From contig JBGAJQ010000010.1 in assembly GCA_044224875.1 (NCBI GenBank), forward strand, positions 49,815 through 113,814: 64,000 nt of DNA. Reading direction: 5' to 3'. Source of the DNA: Gemmatimonadaceae bacterium. Its GTDB lineage: Bacteria; Gemmatimonadota; Gemmatimonadetes; Gemmatimonadales; Gemmatimonadaceae. How positions within the stretch are numbered: the stretch's first letter is position 1; the number at the start of each line of letters is the position of its first letter. This document shows, piece after piece, positions 60,459 through 64,000 of this stretch. Under the pieces are notes generated by a model. It was given only the letters and a program-made list of their open reading frames with translations. It ran no database searches and was not told where the DNA came from. The position numbers and the translations under genes were made by a program.

Positions 60459-63110
60459 CTACGGTCGCTGTCGGTCCGCCTGGGAGGCGTCTTCGGACAC
60501 GCGTCCACTCGTCGTAGCACGCCGGATTCGTACCGTGCGCTCCAGCTCATCCTCGGCCTGAAGAACCTTGGATCTCAGGTCGGCCGGGATGACCTTGGAT
60601 TCCAGGAACGACTGGACGATGCGAAGGGCGTCCTCGTCGGATTGGCCATCGAGAAATGCGTTGATCCACGACCCGAGGAAGAAGATTCGGCGGTTGCGTT
60701 GGATCCACGGCAGCGAATCGAGCGCGGCCCGAAGGTAGGGTCGGCTGAGGTTCTGAGCTTCGAGATCGTTGAACGCCTCCAAGGAGGCAGTCACCCAGTC
60801 CTCGTTCAGGGTCGAATCGCCAAAGTAACGTCGAAACAAGGATGCCTTGCTAGACGAATCGGGACGTGCGGCAGCGGCCACAAACGCGCGGCGCGCACCC
60901 TCCGCCGAGCTGTCGCGGCGAATCTCGTCGGCGAGTCGCTGCTCGCCATTGGGTGCCTGTAGCGCGATGAGGCGGGTGACGATCGACCAGCGCGTGGGTG
61001 GACGTAGTGGCGCCCCCGCGATGGACGAGGAATCGAGAATGCCTTCGAGGCGTGCGACGGCAGCCGGTGTGGAAGCCACACGAATAAAGGCATCCAGCTC
61101 CGCCTTGCGGATATCGTACGATCGCGAGCTGTCGGCCACCCCACGCCACATCGCCAGCTCCACCTCTGGCGCGAGCGTTTCTTCGGCGTTCCCCGTTAGG
61201 TACGCGGCGGTCGCGCGCGTCAGCCGCGTGAGAATACCCGACACGATCTGGTCGTCGCGTTCCCGCGGCAACTCACGGAGGGCCAGCCGCACAAATCGCT
61301 CGGGCGGCAATCTGGCTTCGCGCACCAGGTCCCACAGGGCACCCCAGAGCTGAGCGCGCAGCAGGCCGTCCTGCACTCCGGAGATCGTGCGCTCGACCAC
61401 GGACACGGTGCCGGAGTCCATCAGCACGAGCGCGTACGCCTCGTCCCCGCCATTCGCAAAGACAAAGTTAGCGCTGACGGAGTCGGGCAAGGACACCACG
61501 GTCGACTCCGCGCTCAGGCGGACCGGCAGGTGGGCCTGTACTGCGCCATCGCTTCCAGCTACAACCTCCAACCTCACGGGCCACGGCTCCGGACCCGACA
61601 TGGGCCGCGCCGGGCGTTGCACCAAGCTGAGTCGCGCAATACGGCCGTCTTTGCTCTCGACTCGTTGCTCGATGATCGGCACGCCGGGACGCAGCATGTA
61701 CGAATCGCCCCACGGCCGGAGTGAGCGCTTGGATGCTGTCCCGACGGCATCGAGCAAGTCGCGCCATGTGGCGTTTGCGTACTCATGTCGCCGGAGAAAG
61801 TCCCTGAGCCCGTCGCGAAAGGCCGCTTCTTCCACCACATAGTTGAGCTGCTTCAGCACCGATGGCGCCTTGTTGTACACAATCGCGCCGTAGTTCGACT
61901 TGGCCTGGTCGAGGTTTCCAAGACGTTGCCACACCGGCGTAGTACCCTCGGTAACATCCACGGCGTACGCCGCTGGCTTGTTGCGCAGGTAAAACGTCTT
62001 CCACGCCTCGGATGACGGATCCAACGCGGCTTGCATCTTCGCCGCCATGTACGTCGCAAAACCTTCCTTGAGCCAGAGGTCGTCGAACCACTTCATCGTG
62101 ACCAGGTCGCCGAACCACTGGTGCGCCACCTCGTGGTAGATCGTCGCCGTTCGGCCGAGCATCTGACTGCGCGTCGGGCGTTCCCGGAAGACGAAGCGTT
62201 CCTCGGAGTAGAAGATCGCGCCCGGATGCTCCATACCGCCGAACGGAAACGCCGGCGCCAGGACAACGTCGAGTTTCTGGAAAGGAAACGGTCGCGCGAA
62301 GTACTGTTCCAACCACGTCGCGGCGCGATCGTTCGCCACGATGACCGAGTCGGCGTCTACTTCGGTAGCGCGCGATTTGCGAACGTAGAGCCGGATCGGC
62401 TTCTGCGTTCCGCTCGCCGTCTTCTCGACCCATGGCCCGGCGGCAAACGCGATCAAGTACGTGCTGATCGGCTCTGACTCCTGGAACACATGGAGACTTC
62501 CGCGCGAGGTCGAGTCGGCGCGCATTTGGCGCCCATTGGCCACCGCGCGCCAACCTAACGGCGTCGTGAGTGTCAGGTTGACGCGTGCCTTGAGGTCTGG
62601 CTGATCGAAGCACGGGAACAGCTGGTTCGCATCCGACGGCACGAGCAGAGTGTAGAGGTATACGGCCCCGTCGCTGGGATCACGCACCCGGATGATCGAC
62701 GCGCCGGCAGCTGCCACAAGCGCCTGGAACTCGAAGTCCAGCCGGTTGACGCCTGTTTTCACGAAGGAGGCCGGCACACGAATGTGAGCGCCGTTCCAGG
62801 CAATGGCGTTGCTGATTCGCCCGTTGGCGCGCGACCTCGTGAGCGCAGGCCCACGGAAGTCGATGATGACATCCGCGGGACGCTCGGTTTGAAATTCGAT
62901 CGTCACCCGTCCAAAGGCCGTATCGCGCTCCGAAACGTCCAAGGATAGGTCGTAGCGCACCTGACTGATGCGTGCGGCGCGCGCCTGTGCGAGCGCGAGC
63001 GACACGCCCGGGCCCATCAGCGAATCGGCGACAGGTCGGCCCTGCCCCGACAGCCCCGCAGGAAGTGCCAGGGAGGCACATAGCATCGCAAACCCGCGCA
63101 CTCGCCACAT
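60459..63110 (-). CDS. pepN: M1-family aminopeptidase N, exported
   Basis: FPCFDQPDLKA, GGMEH, HEVAHQWFG..WLKEG, VYNKA; N-terminal signal peptide. Confidence 0.92.
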   Translation of the reverse strand: MWRVRGFAMLCASLALPAGLSGQGRPVADSLMGPGVSLALAQARAARISQVRYDLSLDVSERDTAFGRVTIEFQTERPADVIIDFRGPALTRSRANGRISNAIAWNGAHIRVPASFVKTGVNRLDFEFQALVAAAGASIIRVRDPSDGAVYLYTLLVPSDANQLFPCFDQPDLKARVNLTLTTPLGWRAVANGRQMRADSTSRGSLHVFQESEPISTYLIAFAAGPWVEKTASGTQKPIRLYVRKSRATEVDADSVIVANDRAATWLEQYFARPFPFQKLDVVLAPAFPFGGMEHPGAIFYSEERFVFRERPTRSQMLGRTATIYHEVAHQWFGDLVTMKWFDDLWLKEGFATYMAAKMQAALDPSSEAWKTFYLRNKPAAYAVDVTEGTTPVWQRLGNLDQAKSNYGAIVYNKAPSVLKQLNYVVEEAAFRDGLRDFLRRHEYANATWRDLLDAVGTASKRSLRPWGDSYMLRPGVPIIEQRVESKDGRIARLSLVQRPARPMSGPEPWPVRLEVVAGSDGAVQAHLPVRLSAESTVVSLPDSVSANFVFANGGDEAYALVLMDSGTVSVVERTISGVQDGLLRAQLWGALWDLVREARLPPERFVRLALRELPRERDDQIVSGILTRLTRATAAYLTGNAEETLAPEVELAMWRGVADSSRSYDIRKAELDAFIRVASTPAAVARLEGILDSSSIAGAPLRPPTRWSIVTRLIALQAPNGEQRLADEIRRDSSAEGARRAFVAAAARPDSSSKASLFRRYFGDSTLNEDWVTASLEAFNDLEAQNLSRPYLRAALDSLPWIQRNRRIFFLGSWINAFLDGQSDEDALRIVQSFLESKVIPADLRSKVLQAEDELERTVRIRRATTSGRVSEDASQADRQRP

Positions 63111-63235
63111 AGTCGCGGACGCTACAACACGCGCATTCGGCAAGGAAGTGGGTCCATGAACTCGACCCGCCCCCTTCCCCGCGACGCGTGAGAACGGCGA
63201 ATTTCACGCACCCTGACTGTGGACCGAAATCGAAC

Positions 63236-64000
63236 ATGCGAATTGCGAAGGTTGGTGTAATCGGGGCGGGCGCCATGGGTAGCGGCATCGCCGCGCTGAC
63301 GGCATCGGCTGGAATCCCGGTCGTCCTGCTCGACGTCCCGGGCGAGCGCGAGCGGAATTCGGTGGTCAGCGGCGGATTGCAGCGCGCAATGAAGGCGAAG
63401 CCTGCGGCGTTCATGGACCTCTCGCGCGCGTCAGCGATCACGATCGGAAACACCGAGGACCATCTCGGCCTTCTCGCCGATTGCGATTGGGTGGTTGAGG
63501 CGATCGTCGAACAGCTCGAACCAAAGCAGACGCTCTTCGCCAAGCTGGAGGCGTTGTGCAAGCCTTCGGCGATCATTTCGTCGAACACGTCCGGCATTCC
63601 CGTGGGGATGCTGTCGTCGGGCCGCGGTGCCGCGTTCCGCGAGCGCTTTCTGGGCACACACTTCTTCAACCCGCCGCGATACCTCCATCTTCTCGAACTC
63701 ATCCCAACGGCGGAGACCTCGCCGGGCACCTTGGCGACCATGCGCTCTTTCGCCGAGCGCATCTTGGGCAAGGGCGTCGTGATCGCGAAGGATGTTCCCG
63801 GGTTCGTCGCAAATCGGTTGGGGCTGCACGGGATGGTCGCCGCGCTGCGATTGATGGAGAAGTTTGACCTGACGATCGACGAGGTCGATGCCCTGACCGG
63901 TCCCTTGATTGGCCGACCGAAGTCGGCGACGTTCCGAACCGGCGACATCTCGGGACTCGACGTGTTGTCGCACGTCGCCGCCGGACTTGCCGCGACCACC
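63236..64000 (+). CDS. 3-hydroxyacyl-CoA dehydrogenase (FadN/FadB-like), 5' part
   Basis: Manual translation MRIAKVGVIGAGAMGSGIAA, VVEAIVE, SSNTSG, THFFNPPRYL, KDVPGFVANR; runs off the window. Confidence 0.92.
   Translation, partial: MRIAKVGVIGAGAMGSGIAALTASAGIPVVLLDVPGERERNSVVSGGLQRAMKAKPAAFMDLSRASAITIGNTEDHLGLLADCDWVVEAIVEQLEPKQTLFAKLEALCKPSAIISSNTSGIPVGMLSSGRGAAFRERFLGTHFFNPPRYLHLLELIPTAETSPGTLATMRSFAERILGKGVVIAKDVPGFVANRLGLHGMVAALRLMEKFDLTIDEVDALTGPLIGRPKSATFRTGDISGLDVLSHVAAGLAATT

Larger units (their letters stand above)
68..62559. repeat. Dispersed CCTAAC(G)/(C)GTTAGG motif, at least 37 copies
   Basis: Counted by eye on both strands; mostly in Leu(TTA)-Gly, Leu(CTA)-Thr and Pro-Asn codon pairs, and in short intergenic gaps. 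Confidence 0.65.

Noticed and set aside
60459..63110. pepN as dedicated processing enzyme of the repeat peptide
   Set aside because: Only adjacency supports this, and secreted peptidases are common in this region; synteny data would be needed.

Overview
High-GC bacterial chromosomal window, most likely Gemmatimonadota (inferred from gene order, a cruG-like carotenoid glycosyltransferase and divIVA in a diderm context). Bases 1-40.5 kb are almost entirely minus-strand and contain, in coordinate order: the start of the dcw cluster (rsmH-ftsL-ftsI-murE-murF-mraY-murD in transcription order); a TPR gene; tRNA-Val(TAC); a ~17.5 kb hybrid signalling locus; and a housekeeping run (tilS-hpt-ftsH-DUF2723-yggS-divIVA-pnp-ileS-dksA-lspA-rluD). 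The signalling locus has cheW x3, cheY, cheA, cheC, cheD and cheB wrapped around mglA, three roadblock/MglB proteins, two DUF4388-TPR proteins, TPR proteins and a tandem DnaA-type AAA+ ATPase with no DNA-binding domain; no MCP or CheR is present. Bases 40.6-64 kb hold mixed metabolic and secreted-enzyme genes (AcnX pair, pntAB, cruG, S9 and M1 peptidases and others). Best novelty candidates: (1) a lipoprotein-signal peptide with four DFVNPNA repeats between a receiver-like/AraC regulator and an all-TPR protein, resembling a Rap-Phr-type peptide signalling module; (2) the Che-MglAB-DnaA-like locus; (3) a dispersed CCTAAC(G)/(C)GTTAGG DNA word written into genes through rare codons. At least seven genes, including essential murE and ileS, carry indels, which points to sequencing or assembly errors rather than true pseudogenes. 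All calls come from motif recognition by eye; no database search was run.
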